Of a stretch of 64,000 nt of DNA, positions 1 through 12,588 are shown one piece after another; the stretch's first letter is position 1, and the number at the start of each line of letters is the position of its first letter. Source of the stretch: Styela clava (lineage: Eukaryota); the NCBI RefSeq assembly GCF_964204865.1, contig NC_135253.1, forward strand, positions 16,430,001 to 16,494,000. The letters run 5' to 3'. The position numbers and the translations under genes are program-made. The notes under the pieces were generated by a model. The model saw nothing but the letters and a program-made list of their open reading frames with translations, made no database searches and was not told the DNA's origin.

Positions 1-3000
1 ACCAATTGCAATTTCCCTTCTTTCTTGGGGAGTTTCAGGGCATGGATACAGAGTGGCTCGGAACCTAAAAATAATGGCATAACAGTGAAACACAAAAATT
101 CATTTTCAAGTCAAATTAACTGTATAACGAAATGAAATTTCCACTTGGAAGTACCGGTACATTTTCTACAAATAATGACCGATCATCATCGAAGTGTTCA
201 CAAAAAATAGCATAACTTGACATACCCTTCACAAATCTTTTTAACTCTAGTTTTGAGTTGATCTCCTTGAAAAAATATGATAAAGACACATTTGTATACT
301 TTTTCACCCTGGAAAAGAATATAATTCATATAAAACGAGAAGAATTGGATACTAAAACTTTCTGAAAGATACCAGAAAAAAATCTGCTTACTGTATGTGG
401 ATCCTCCAATGGTGTTTCTATTTCTGCATAACGCAAGAATACATTTCCACGACATGCTCGCCATAATATTCGCTCAAAAGCAGGAACCTTTTCGCGAGCG
501 ATTACGCCAGCAACAAATCTAAAAATCACCGATTAAAGTGCACGAACACAAAAATTGAGTCAAACAGCCATATTTTAAAATTTTTAATTAGTAGTTATCA
601 CAACACAAATTAACTTAAAAATAGCTAAATCGATACAATACTTCAAAACAGGAATTAAATCTCTACCAGAGATAACTAAATAGTAATAATTCTACTGCAT
701 TATCGAAAAAAAGAAATAAATAGCACATGAATTCTTTCAAAAGTTGTCTCATTATACAAAACAGTTAAATCAACTTAGAAAATATTGGTCTACATCCCTT
801 ATAAATCAGGACAGTCGTGGTCTTACCCCAATTTAAGTGCAAGACGTTGCTGCCTTTCTATGTCATTTAGAATTTCCTCCTCATAGCTGGAATCCATCTG
901 TGACATTTCAATGAAAACGAGAGCAAGAAAGCAAAAAAGAAAAAGGCAATTTTATAAGAAAAGTGAAAGAATTATTAACTTCAAAAAAGAAATATATCAG
1001 TATCACACACTCCCACACACAAAGCAACATGTGCTTTCAACTCGTCGAGTGGTTACATGTGGAATTGTGATTTATGTGTTCACATATTATTAATGAAGGT
1101 GTTAAAAGAGAAGTAAGAGCTTTCAAGAACTAATTTAAAGCTAAAGAGTTGAATGCTAATTTTTCAATTAATAATTGCATAGGATTTGCAGAATGAAGGC
1201 GTTTGTAAATTCTCTACTCTGAATCGTTAGTAACACCAGCATCAAAGACTTGAGAGGTAGTTGGCCATGCGCTCATTTCCCACTACAAACTATAAAGCAT
1301 TATTTGCAGTTAGTCTTAGTCAAATTACACAAGTTTCGAAGATACTTTGTTTGATAATTATATTTTTATGTCGACCCAGTATGCAAATTCGATTGCTCAA
1401 ACAAAATCTGTCTAATATTGCAAAGATGACAAGTGCATGGAATTAAAAATAAAGTCCAAAAATAAAATATCATGCATATTGTTCTATGTTCACCCAATGT
1501 GAAACGAAACTATGCTATAATGATTGATTGCTGTCAAATTGTTTAAAAAAATGAAATTTCGTAATTTTTCGATCAAATACCATCACAAAACAGAAATCCT
1601 GCAATTTCCCACCAGTAATCTAACATGGATCAATTATTTGAAAATTTTAGGAAATTTATTTTCTTACATAAGCTATTCCCTAATGAATAAATATTCTGAG
1701 AGTCCATGTCATAATGATATAAAGGTTGCTATCCTCCAAAGAAGCTTCAATATATAGCTCTAAAATTTGGAATTGCTATATTGATGTCCATCCATCACTG
1801 CACAATAGACAATATCAAGCACTCTTTTTCCAACTTTGAACAACGAACAAGCAAATTTACAAAAGAAAAACAAGCATGCAACAACAATAACTACACAATT
1901 CAGACAAGGAATGTTGAAAGAGAACATCGCAGACAGATTCTACGCTAATCATTGAGAAGGAAATTCATCGGCAGCGTCTTTTGTGCTTCAGTTTTTTTCA
2001 CAGAGTGAGCACCTAAATATTTATTCTGTTCACTTTCCTCACTCACCCAAGTTTTGTAAAAGGACCCCTGTTGAACTCATTACCGAGTAATGCATGGGCC
2101 GATTCATCGTCGGAAAAATCAGCATTCTGCTGTCGCTGTTGGTGTTGATACATTGCTGCCTGTGATTGAGGATGACAACAACATCGATACACAAAAAAAC
2201 ATGTAAATGGTGGCTAACAGATGCATCACATACAACATCATACCACACAAAAGTCCGAATTTAATTCTTAAAATTTGGATAGATCCATACATTCTGACAT
2301 TCGTAATGTTCGGATAATATAGTTTGAAATTGATTGAATAATTTAAATATGATATTATTTTATGCAAGATGAATACTTGAATACACTTGCTTACTTTTAC
2401 GAAAAAAGTTATTGTAAAAGCTATTGAGAAAATTCATAACATATCTCACAGTAAACCGCAAGCAAACTCTCAAACAAGTACTAATCAATCACATTTTTAT
2501 AAGAAAAAAATTAATAGTTATGGGCAAAGAGATAATAAAACAGACAAACATTACAGCATATTCCAGCTACATATGTTTTTTTAAACTAGAAATCATGAAT
2601 CGAATAAAAACTGATTCCTTAAGAATAGAGAACTGCAAAACCAACTCGTATTGACTTCAGCCATATTTATTAAAGAATAAGTACCCTGAACAATTTTTTT
2701 CATACATGTAAATATACTTTCTTTTTGGGTACAATATTAAATATCCCATAACACCAGCATCAAAAATTTTAAGTTTTTTTAAATTCCTGGGCCTAAAATT
2801 GTTTCAAAGCTCATGATATGAACGGAGAAAACCGAGAATGTTGATAGATGGCATGCAGCAAAGCAACATGAGAGTACATGCAGTGATTTGATGGTCACAC
2901 GTTAAAATGATTACAGCATGCATGTCAAATCAAACTCCAGAATAACCAGTCAGAAACTGCTCTCGTGGACCATGGACAGTGTACTCCATCCATGGCCCAA

Positions 3001-5708
3001 ACTTGACTATGTACTATAAACAAACATTTTATGATTGGAAACAGTTAAGGATGATGAAGATGATGCAAATCATATCCGATCAGGCATGATTAATTATCCC
3101 AAATTAGAATATTCAAAGCAGAAAATATAAGATCAATCTCTCACTAAATTTTAGCAGAATCAGATACTCAAGCACATTTGTGTGTGATAATGAAATCAAA
3201 TTTGAAAAAGTTGATGACAATGATTAACAAACATTGTTGGACAAAAATGAATTAAGAATCTGAACGATGCAGCACATTTCACATCACAAAGAGAATAAGA
3301 TGCACAATTTTAACATTGATCATAACTTATATTATTTCACATACACACAAGAAGTAATGAATAACATGTTGACTAACGGAAAACTGCATTTCCTGTTTAT
3401 AATGTAATTTCAACAAGCGAAGTCTGTCATACAATTTCACAAGGCAACTATATTATGAATGTAACAGTGAACTATGTCTGTATTAATGTTTAGGTCTATT
3501 TCAGTTGAAACTAGGAATTCTAAAGGACTAAAAATTGAACGCATTGAGATTACAAAACTAATTCAATATAATTTGACAATATGATCTTGCTAGTTTAAAA
3601 AATGACAATCCGCTGGCAGGAGCCAAGCACCAATAAGTTTTTGTCATAAATTGTAAAATTTTATTGAAAGTACTGTGCTGAAACTTTTGATAATCTAATA
3701 GACATAATCATAAAATATTTTTTTTTCTGATTCAGTGAGCAACTCTTGAAATTGTACTTGTTAAGTAAACAAAAAACATTTCACTCCAACCTTCTAAATA
3801 TTATAAACACAATTTTGCAAACAGCTAAAACTAGCCTAAGACCGACTCACTCAGATATTCTTTATTTAAAAATATTATTAAAATAAAGTATGCTAAAAAC
3901 AATCTATGGCCAAGATTATATATCACCAAGTTTCAGTGCAAGGGCCAGCCAATAAAAAAATTTGAGTTGTATAGCAGTTTAAAAATATGCCAACAATTTA
4001 TGTATTAAAAAAGGGTTTTAGCAGTAACTATGAATTTCAGTAACTATGAATTTACGTAACCAAATGATTGAATATGATAAATTTTATATCACAAAATTTA
4101 TAAAAGAAATATTTTTAGGAAATTGTTAATCAAATCAACTTTTCAAAATCAAATTGATTGTTAGACAATTTTGAACAGTAGCTTATTAGTCCAAATTTCG
4201 GTATTTGTAAATAAAATCACATGTCCAGTGCAAATTCACACACCACAACACACTCAATTCACATGCCTGTATTCGCCCATCATTTAAACATTCATATTAT
4301 TAAATTTCGTACCTCTTCAAAAAAGTTTTGTGTTTTACGAAGAATGTGTTTAAGCTCTGTTAGTTCAAGGAAATTACGCTTGAGTGCCTCCTGATTTGTG
4401 TTTACTTCTTTCATGTCATTTTCCAGCTTTTCAAATGTTGACTAAACAGAAGAGTGCAGAATTTTTAAACTGAATTCGTTAGAAAATGAAGTACTTCTAT
4501 GGGGTTAGTACAAAGATATTCTAATTTTGGAAGAATTTTGAATTCAATTTAAAAAGAGCAAAATTAGCGCAAAACTGTAGAAATAATATATAAATATGAT
4601 AACGTTAAGGATGTAAAATTAGAAATTTTTATGGAAATCGCAAACAATGACATTGACAATTAGCCGCAATTTTTACATATTTCGCAAACATATTCATAGA
4701 GCTATTTAAAAGCTTGATCAAGTGACAATGTTTTTTTTTTGTGCATGTTTATAATATTTATGCGGATTCTTGACCTTAAAATAATAAACAAACAGAACCG
4801 CTTCACTATTGATTATCTACCTTACAAATTACAGCTGTATAGAAATAGATGCCTATACAATAGAAGAACAAGTAAATTAATAAGATACATACTTCTAAAT
4901 CAATCATTTCTCTGGGAAGAGGAGCATCAGGATTTTCTCCAGTATCCTCAATAATGATGTTGTCCTTGTTCAACTCTCTATCAAGAAATCCTGGAAATAT
5001 TTCATATTATTATTCTCGATTCACAGATCATTATGGCTCTTCTTAGTTTAATATATATCTTCAGAGTAAAGAAGCATCATATTTTTGTTTTCAGCTTTTG
5101 CTAATTCATTTTTCACTTTGATATAGGTAATTTTTTCACCAAGAAATTTACTTACTGAGTTTTCTCTCCATTTCGTCACATCTTCTAACTTCATTGACGA
5201 ATTTTCGTTGAAATGCATTTACATCAGGATTAAGCTGACAAGGCAAAGAAAATCTTTAAATATCAAGTTATATAATGTATAGGTAAATAATAGGAAATAT
5301 AAATATCATATATATAATAATAATAAATATGAACAAAGCAGTGAGAACGCAATATTATACCACTAACAGACTAAAGATATATGATTAAAAAAAATTTTGT
5401 GGAGGAAATTCGCAAAGTCAGATTTTTTATTCATATAATCTGTTCACATCCAGATATCTCTCAATGTCTCAAAACAGTCAAAATAAACTCATTAATGTTA
5501 CAATAGAAAAGTGAAACTCCATCTGTTTGTTAGATTAATATACAGAATCTGTCTCATTTCAAAGTTCATTAACAAAAGATAAATAACTTACGTCTCTGAA
5601 TTGCACAAGCCCAAGTTCTCCTAACTCACTGACACATGCATAAGCAGCTTCAGTTTGTAGATAAAGTTGCGCGAGACACATTTCCTCGCTTCGAAATAAC
5701 GACCCCAT
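1..5708 (-). CDS. ATP6V0A1: V-type proton ATPase V0 subunit a (a1-like), 5' part; gene continues past the window start
   Basis: GT-AG exons 5592-5708 ([39 protein letters not shown]), 5156-5234 ([26 protein letters not shown]), 4893-4990, 4313-4441, [2047-2159 or 827-897], 392-518 ([27 protein letters not shown]), 226-308, 1-64 ([17 protein letters not shown]). Phases are all compatible. The a1 paralog label is by closest recalled similarity. Confidence 0.95.
827..897 (-). CDS. V-ATPase a subunit alternative exon 5B ([24 protein letters not shown])
   Basis: cacag acceptor, gtaaga donor, 71 nt, phase 0 to 2, open frame, also ends in KLG. Confidence 0.75.
2047..2159 (-). CDS. V-ATPase a subunit alternative exon 5A ([38 protein letters not shown])
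   Basis: cacag acceptor, gtgagt donor, 113 nt, phase 0 to 2, open frame, ends in KLG joining FVAGVI. Confidence 0.8.
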
Positions 5709-5917
5709 ATTCAGATATTTGTGTATTTAGATTTCCCAGTCGCTTTATGTTATATAGTTCACATACAATATACCAATAATACAATGTCTGAATACCAGCC
5801 ACAATACAGTTACAGTATTCACTAGAAACACAGCTTGGAAATAACGCCGAACAGAATAACCATCAGCCGATGAAACTATGAAGAACGGCCAAGACCAGCG
5901 GGATACGTGATCGATAC

Positions 5918-6002
5918 TGACGTCACTAAGAAACAAATAGGAAATAGTCATGTGAATTTAAACTACAATCAGCCTCGCTTAAAATTTTCAAATACATGTG
6001 AC
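5918..6002. promoter_or_regulatory. Putative V-ATPase promoter motifs: CRE (TGACGTCA 5918-5925) and two M-box/CLEAR-like E-boxes (GTCATGTGA 5947-5955; CATGTGAC 5995-6002)
   Basis: Motif matches 210-300 bp upstream of the ATG. MiT/TFE control of V-ATPase genes is established in animals; function here is inferred. Confidence 0.45.
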
Positions 6003-6524
6003 GCATAGTCGTATACGTAAGGAAAATCACCTGAAAACGAAAAACGAGTCCCTATTAAATCAAAAACACCCCAATCGAACACCAATTCTTGCTGAGCTAC
6101 AGTTTTTTTTATCTGTATTTCATAAAAGTTTTCATTCGTTTTTGTTGTACAATATTTTTTGTATCTGAACTTATTCAAAGTTTTGTGTGCTTTGCAACAT
6201 TGACTAACTTATTCTGAATATTTGAAAGATCAGTTATTAATTTTGCATACATAAACTTACATAACACAGGAAGTGACAAATGATCAATGGTTACGAAGAG
6301 ACGAGCAATCCATAACTATCCCCAACAGGATTCGAACCCTCTTAGTAATTTGGTGGTAATGATAATTCGCTCCGCATTATATGGTTATTTCTATTTTAAC
6401 AACGGTCTTGTTTGACACATTTGCAGATCAAATACACGGAATTCAACGTTACAGATCTTCGAAGTTTTGGATATTTTATCGAATATACGACACGGGTCAA
6501 TGACTAGAGTTTCTACGACCACCG

Positions 6525-6538
6525 GTTACCATGGTGAT
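6525..6538. promoter_or_regulatory. Putative RFX X-box (GTTACCATGGTGAT) upstream of the WDR49-like gene
   Basis: Near-palindromic match to the X-box with one perfect GGTAAC half-site; the downstream gene belongs to a ciliary family. Confidence 0.35.
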
Positions 6539-7814
6539 GACCCGCAAGCTTCTCTGTGTAAATTTAATGCAGAATGGTTCAAACAATGAATTTATTTCTT
6601 GTTCTATGTTAAAATGGGGAAATGAGATGCTGGAGATTAATTTATATTCATAATACAATAATAAATATTGATACTAGGGGCCTATAAAGTGACTATGATA
6701 ATATTGATACTATGGGTCAGTCAGTTTATTAGGTACCCTATGTACTTTTCGTAAGGTTACCCTTACTGACTTAGGGTTTTCTATAATTATTTGGTAATAA
6801 ATTTGAAATAACCTAGTAAACTTTTTTCATCGCAACGAAAATTTCTATGAACATGCAATGTACAGTGGGAAATAATGGTATAATTGAAAAAATATTAAGT
6901 TATATGAAATATAGTCTGAAGGATTTTTTCAATTGTGAAGAACCTGAATATTCTGATATTGGTTTGATGGCATGGTTGAATCAGATAATCTCGCATCACA
7001 TATATAAGATATCAAATGCAACGACCCTATTCTTTAATGTATATTAGGGAAAAATCACTGCAGGCGTATCATTATTCTGACACACATACCAGCAGTCAAA
7101 ATAAATCGATAAATGCACCTCAACAACAATTACTGTTATTTTTTGAACAAAGGGTATAACCTATCTAAAACTTGCTCAAATGTGTGTTGCTGTGGATAAA
7201 ATAATTGTACAATACCCTTAAGGAATTAAAATGGTGACCAGGGTTATAGCATACAGTTTACATTCACTGATTTAAAGTATTTTTCTGAGCTAATCCTTAT
7301 ATGATAAATCATTCCTCATCTACCCTTCAATATGATAACCATGTAAAGAAGCCAACTAGCGTCACATGTCTGTATAAATGACCATACTACTTGTATTTAT
7401 CCAAAAGGATATATACTACACATTCATATTTTAGTCCAGTATGGTCTTGTGCATGTATCCTGTTTTCAGCATTGGTAATTTTGCAACTTTGCCTATATAT
7501 CTTGACATTACAGAATGAGTAACCATATACATACAAGTAATCAAAAGTTTATAGACTTTTCTGCAAAATGGTATTCAGATATTTATGACGCTTTAAAACA
7601 AGTACTGGGTATAGGAGGAAGCATTTTTTGTCCTCAGTATTGGTTGGGTTATATTTGTACTGACCAAGTCTACAGGATAACCCAAAAGAAACATGCTATT
7701 GAGATATCCTGACAGCAGAAATAGCGGCTCAGAAGGACCAAGTGTTTGACTATTTTGCGCAGCGGATGCTCATGTCTCTATTGTCAAGGAGGTAATTTGG
7801 AACATATTCTATAG

Positions 7815-8759
7815 CAGGGGCGTCCTATTGGCCCGCGGGCAACATGTGGCCCGCTGAAGGTTTCCGAGTGGCCCGCGCTGTATTATTCGAATCCCAATGT
7901 CTTTCACAAACCTGAGCCATTATTGAAACTACTAATAAAAAAATTGTTGTTCAAACGTGCGAGAAGCACCACCTAGATATGGAAAGCTTCTTTTGTGTCC
8001 ATTCGTGGTCGTTATTGCTAGTGAGACATGTTTGAATCTATTTTTATCGCTGCCATATATTTCAATCAGTTTTCCTGTCTTTTTTCTGTGAAGCTAGAAG
8101 AGGCAGTTTTATGACCTCAATATTTGACAGCATTTACTTCTACGAGCAAGTTTTTTTACGGATGAACCATGTAAAATCCTCTATGAGACAATAATTTCTG
8201 ACAGCCACATGAAAAATTCGCATTGCTACATCGTCCATTGTACCTACTATTGACAAACTTGTTGGATAAATGCAGTGCCATACTCCCCATTGAAATATCT
8301 ATGTGTGGGTAAAACTTTTGACTTTACTATATCTTTGTATCTCAATTGTTCTTATAAATTAGGTAGTTACTTATCGATCTTAAGATCGGTAAGTATATTG
8401 ATAGGTATTTGTCTGTATGTATGTATGTCTGTGTGTGTGTGTGTCTGTTAGATGAATGCGATATCTCGCGAACGCGTGTTTGAATCTGCTCCAAATTTTG
8501 CATGTGCATGCATCTTACCTCGGACCAAAAGCCTATAGATTTTGGGTTAATTATGTCGTATGATTAGCGAGTTATTAACTAATTACCGATCTAAGATCGA
8601 TAAGTCTTCGGTCTCCGACCGATATTCTTGTTTGTTTGTTTTTCCATTGATCTGTAGTCGGTGTAGTGAAAACTAGAACATAACTACCATGTCAAGTGAC
8701 CTGCGCAATCATTCGTAGACTTAAGGTGACCCTTCGTCCAAAAAGGTTGGACAACCCTG
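7815..8759 (+). mobile_element. Non-autonomous hAT (Charlie/Buster-like) element with a decayed transposase C-terminal dimerisation remnant
   Basis: Termini CAGGGGCGTCC...GGACAACCCTG, GGCCCGCG subterminal motifs, imperfect TSD ttctatag/ttctgtat. ~8120-8293 reads FDSIYFYEQVFLRMNHVKSSMR...RIATSSIVPTIDKLV..QCHTPH*. Confidence 0.75.
8367..8633 (+). mobile_element. Helentron-associated non-autonomous element (HINE/DINE-1-like) nested in the hAT element
   Basis: Palindromic subterminal inverted repeats (8369-8392 vs 8583-8605), internal (GTAT/GTCT/GT)n microsatellite, 3' hairpin TCGGTC-tcc-GACCGA (8608-8622), T-rich ends. Confidence 0.7.
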
Positions 8760-9156
8760 TTCTGTATAGAAAATAACTTTATGTACAAAGTGTCCTAGAT
8801 TTATGAAGCTTTGGGTATAATCATACACAAACAGAAGTTCGAGCACAAACAAAATTAATCTTTTTCGTAGAAGTCATTAGGAAATTCATGAATTATGTTT
8901 TTTAGGATCACCCTTACGTGGCTTTGCAAGTTCTTATACCCACCTTACTCAGTGTATGGGGAGTGTCGGGATTGATGCTTTGTTTAATTGGTGTGACAGT
9001 AGTAGCGGCTTAGACAAGAAAGGCTAAAACATACTACTGAAAGTTGCTATTAATGTTATCGAGACATCCGGCGATATAATCATAATGGTCCCAGTAGATC
9101 CAAATAATTTTTTATTTTTATTTATTTATGACCTTAATTAGAATTGATTAATTAAA

Positions 9157-12100
9157 ATGACTGCTACACAGTCCTCAGATACATTGACTCAAGATGGAGA
9201 AACAGAAAATCCGTTTGGGACAAAATCAGAATCAAAACCCAATGCTATGTTACCTTCTGTTGGATCAACAAGCAGCAGTGTCCATGGCAGTAAAGTCCCT
9301 GTATTTACAGGCGAAAGACTTGAAATCCGACTCCATGAAAAAGATCTGAAAATTTTAATGTCTGGTTTTCATCCTGATGGCGTCGTTAAAACTGAAGTAT
9401 TGGAGAAAAATGAATCACTGAAACTTGATCGTGATGAGTTCAGCACAAAACTTTCTACTTTGGTAAATAAAGGCACAAAGGAAGAATATGCAGAACTTTT
9501 TGATAGAATCGACATCACAAAATCAGGAAGAGTGACTTGGGATGCATTTGTACAATTTATGTTATATGAATTTCTTGAAAAAGATGAAAAAGTCAAAACA
9601 ACGCAGGTTCCTCAATGGAAAGAACTCAGAATTATTCAAACGCCACACAAAGATACAATTGAAAGAATTCAACACATGCGTTCTTCAAATCGTTACTTAT
9701 CTATGAGTCGTGAAGGCTGCATTTCATTTTGGGATCATCATCTGAAATTGCAAAAGAGTTTGAAACTTGCTACAGAATCCGTGAAACCACGTGATCTATG
9801 GGTTACTGATTTTGTTCTGCTACCAAATTTAAATAAAATTGCAGTTTCATTTACGAGCAAAGAAATTGCATTTTATGACTTAGGCTCAAAAGTTGAATTC
9901 AACTGCCAGTATAAATTGAAAGGATTGCACAGTACACCCTTATGTATGGATTTTTATGGTAATCCTGAAGATCCAAATGAAGCTATTTTGGTTTATGGAG
10001 ATGTGGGTGGACAAGTTTCTGCTTTATGTTTTTCCTCAGCCCAAATTGCCCTTTTTGACAGACCACAGAGAGAGGCTTCTGACAACAAACAGCAAAACAA
10101 TGCTACAGTTTATGTGAGACTAAAAGAATTGGTTAGAGATACATCTAAGCATAAAAACTGTCGATTCGTCCATCACATTGGACATAAAGGTTGGGTAAGG
10201 CAAGTGAAATATGCAGAACACCTGGAGTGCTTTATAAGTTGTTCTACTGGAAGAGAAAAAACAATCATTCTTGGTTTTATTGAAAAAGCAAGCACAACAA
10301 TGCGTACCACATCTTTTCGGTTTCATCATGGTGTGCATTGCTTTGATTATCACCAGCAAATGAATCTTATTGCAACAGGTAGTGTGAATAATCATGTCTG
10401 CTTATGGAATCCTTATGTTATATCAAAACCAGTTGGAATTTTAACTGGTCATATGGCAGCTGTTGTACGAGTTACTATAAATTTTAACAGACAACAATTG
10501 ATGAGTTTCTCAGTCGACAAGGTGCTTCGTGTTTGGGATATTCAACAACAAGTTTGCTTGCAACGTTTGGCTGGAATTTTCCCAAAAGGTCCAGAAGTTC
10601 AAACGATATTATATTTTGATGATATTAAGAATCGGTTGTTCGTTACATTCAATTATCAACTGACAATGCTTGAAATGAAAATTGAAATCCGAGATAGAGT
10701 GATGACTCATGAACGTCCAGTCACAGCTGCTATTTATAACAATTTGTATAATCAGGTTGTGACCACTTGTCAAGATGGCACTGTAAATATGTGGATGATT
10801 GATAATGGACAAAAAGTCAAACAATTTACCAATTGCCATGGCAACCATGAAATTACAGCACTTGCTTTTGATGACAATGAAACACGGTTTCTGACCGCAA
10901 GTACAGATGGCACAGTGAAAATTTGGGATTTTAATGGTCATTGTCATCATCTTCTAATGGCAGGTCGTGATAATCCAGCAGATATAGCACAGGTTGTTGT
11001 GATGAAAAGATCAATATTGGCGATAGGGTGGGATAGGTACATTACTGCTTTTCGATCTATGAACATGACACAATATCATTTGCAGTCGGTCGACTGGAAA
11101 GGAGGCCAAGAGCATCAGGACGATATTCTTTCAGCAGCGTATTCTTCACCCACTACTCTTGCGACGGGAAGCTATGATGGTGAAATTATAATTTGGAATA
11201 CTCAATCCGAGCATGTATCAAGAAAACTACAAGCTAGATGTCGTCAAAGATGGGCAAAACGTCCTGTGACCGGTGCAGAAATTGAAGCGATTTCTCGTCC
11301 AACAACATCTGAGAGTCAAACAAGTGAATTGGAGTTTAGTTTTGTCATATCTTCTCTTGTCTTCTTGAAAACAAGGATGAATGGAGGGAATCCTACTGGT
11401 ACTTGTGCCGACCTCGTTTCATGTGGTGGAGGAGGCTGGGTTCGATTTTGGAATGTTAATCAAACAAATTTAATGTCTGAGTTTGTTGCTCATTCTCATG
11501 CAGGCAACGCGATATGTGCCACAGATTCAGAAGATCATTATCTCATAACTGGTGATAGCGATGGGGCTATTAAAGTCTGGTTTATCAAAAATTATTTGAT
11601 GAATGATTCTGGGCACTTGGTGAGTGATCCTCCACCTGTACATGCATCTTGGCAACCTCATGCAGATGCTATAAATTGTATAAACACCTGTATAAGAAAT
11701 GATCGATTGTTAGTGATTACCGCATCATCAGACTGCAGTGTATCACTCAGTGATATACATGGAAATCACATAGGTGAATTTGGGCAAGATCAACACTGGA
11801 GAATCGATGTAATTCCGCAAGAAAAATCTGAGGATGAGGAAGAGAATGTTGATTCTGATTTGGCAACAGATAAGGAAGAACAAGCTGAAGAAAATGATGT
11901 AACCAATGAACAACCTGAATTCATAATGAGTTTAGAGTCAAAAGATGATTTCATTTACGATCCAGAATTTCGTGCAAGCACTTGGGATTCTACCGTCCTT
12001 GGTAAAGCATATCAGGAAAGTAGACTGAACAAACGAGAAAGAAAGCAGCCAAGCACAATTAACGGTTACAAAGAACATATTGAAGAATCTGCAGTTGGCC

Positions 12101-12588
12101 CCTATGGCATTCTTGATTATAATGACCTAGCACCGATGCCAAGTATGAAAAAGCCAGATTTTATGCTCCACCCACATAAATATTTTGGCGAAAAGCAAGT
12201 TAAGGCTTCTGGCAAGAAGGAGGAATCTGAAGAAGCTCCTGTTATAAAGGAAGCAAGAGGTATGCTAAAAGCCGCTTTTGATGAAAGAACGCTTTTTCCT
12301 AAAGAGCTTTTAGACTTTGAGGCACAGGTGAGAAATGAGCATGCTCAGAAACTGAGAAGTAGTATGGCGATCAAGAAGAAACCTGTAAGCATTTTGAAGT
12401 CATTTGTGTCTAGCAACCTTATGACAGGTTCTACAAATAGTCTTGGTGGCTCAAAAATGGGGAGCAGAATCGGTTCATCAATTCAAGATAAAAGAAATGT
12501 AGCAAAGCGTATACCTAGCACAAGCACACTTAATATGGGAGTAGATCCTGGAAAAATGTCCGGAGCATCATTTTCTAAAGTTTCCTAA
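9157..12588 (+). CDS. WDR49: EF-hand plus WD40-repeat protein, WDR49/CFAP337 (WDR64/WDY family)-like; single coding exon
   Basis: 1143-aa uninterrupted ORF. N-terminal EF-hand (LFDRIDITKSGRVTWDAF), many GH...WD repeats (GHMAAV..VLRVWD; TASTDGTVKIWDFNG; ATGSYDGEIIIWN), AATAAA at ~12717. Confidence 0.85.
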   Translation: MTATQSSDTLTQDGETENPFGTKSESKPNAMLPSVGSTSSSVHGSKVPVFTGERLEIRLHEKDLKILMSGFHPDGVVKTEVLEKNESLKLDRDEFSTKLSTLVNKGTKEEYAELFDRIDITKSGRVTWDAFVQFMLYEFLEKDEKVKTTQVPQWKELRIIQTPHKDTIERIQHMRSSNRYLSMSREGCISFWDHHLKLQKSLKLATESVKPRDLWVTDFVLLPNLNKIAVSFTSKEIAFYDLGSKVEFNCQYKLKGLHSTPLCMDFYGNPEDPNEAILVYGDVGGQVSALCFSSAQIALFDRPQREASDNKQQNNATVYVRLKELVRDTSKHKNCRFVHHIGHKGWVRQVKYAEHLECFISCSTGREKTIILGFIEKASTTMRTTSFRFHHGVHCFDYHQQMNLIATGSVNNHVCLWNPYVISKPVGILTGHMAAVVRVTINFNRQQLMSFSVDKVLRVWDIQQQVCLQRLAGIFPKGPEVQTILYFDDIKNRLFVTFNYQLTMLEMKIEIRDRVMTHERPVTAAIYNNLYNQVVTTCQDGTVNMWMIDNGQKVKQFTNCHGNHEITALAFDDNETRFLTASTDGTVKIWDFNGHCHHLLMAGRDNPADIAQVVVMKRSILAIGWDRYITAFRSMNMTQYHLQSVDWKGGQEHQDDILSAAYSSPTTLATGSYDGEIIIWNTQSEHVSRKLQARCRQRWAKRPVTGAEIEAISRPTTSESQTSELEFSFVISSLVFLKTRMNGGNPTGTCADLVSCGGGGWVRFWNVNQTNLMSEFVAHSHAGNAICATDSEDHYLITGDSDGAIKVWFIKNYLMNDSGHLVSDPPPVHASWQPHADAINCINTCIRNDRLLVITASSDCSVSLSDIHGNHIGEFGQDQHWRIDVIPQEKSEDEEENVDSDLATDKEEQAEENDVTNEQPEFIMSLESKDDFIYDPEFRASTWDSTVLGKAYQESRLNKRERKQPSTINGYKEHIEESAVGPYGILDYNDLAPMPSMKKPDFMLHPHKYFGEKQVKASGKKEESEEAPVIKEARGMLKAAFDERTLFPKELLDFEAQVRNEHAQKLRSSMAIKKKPVSILKSFVSSNLMTGSTNSLGGSKMGSRIGSSIQDKRNVAKRIPSTSTLNMGVDPGKMSGASFSKVS

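Noticed and set aside
1215-1285. Possible third alternative V-ATPase exon ([11 protein letters not shown]...), and another candidate at ~2946-3013
   Set aside because: Weak or non-consensus donors, no KLG-like end, and read-through hits stops.
6320-6345. GGATTCGAACCC tRNA B-box-like motif
   Set aside because: No cloverleaf or A-box at suitable spacing; at most a SINE scrap.
9369-10950. Antisense ORFs within the WDR49-like CDS
   Set aside because: Shadow frames of the real coding strand.
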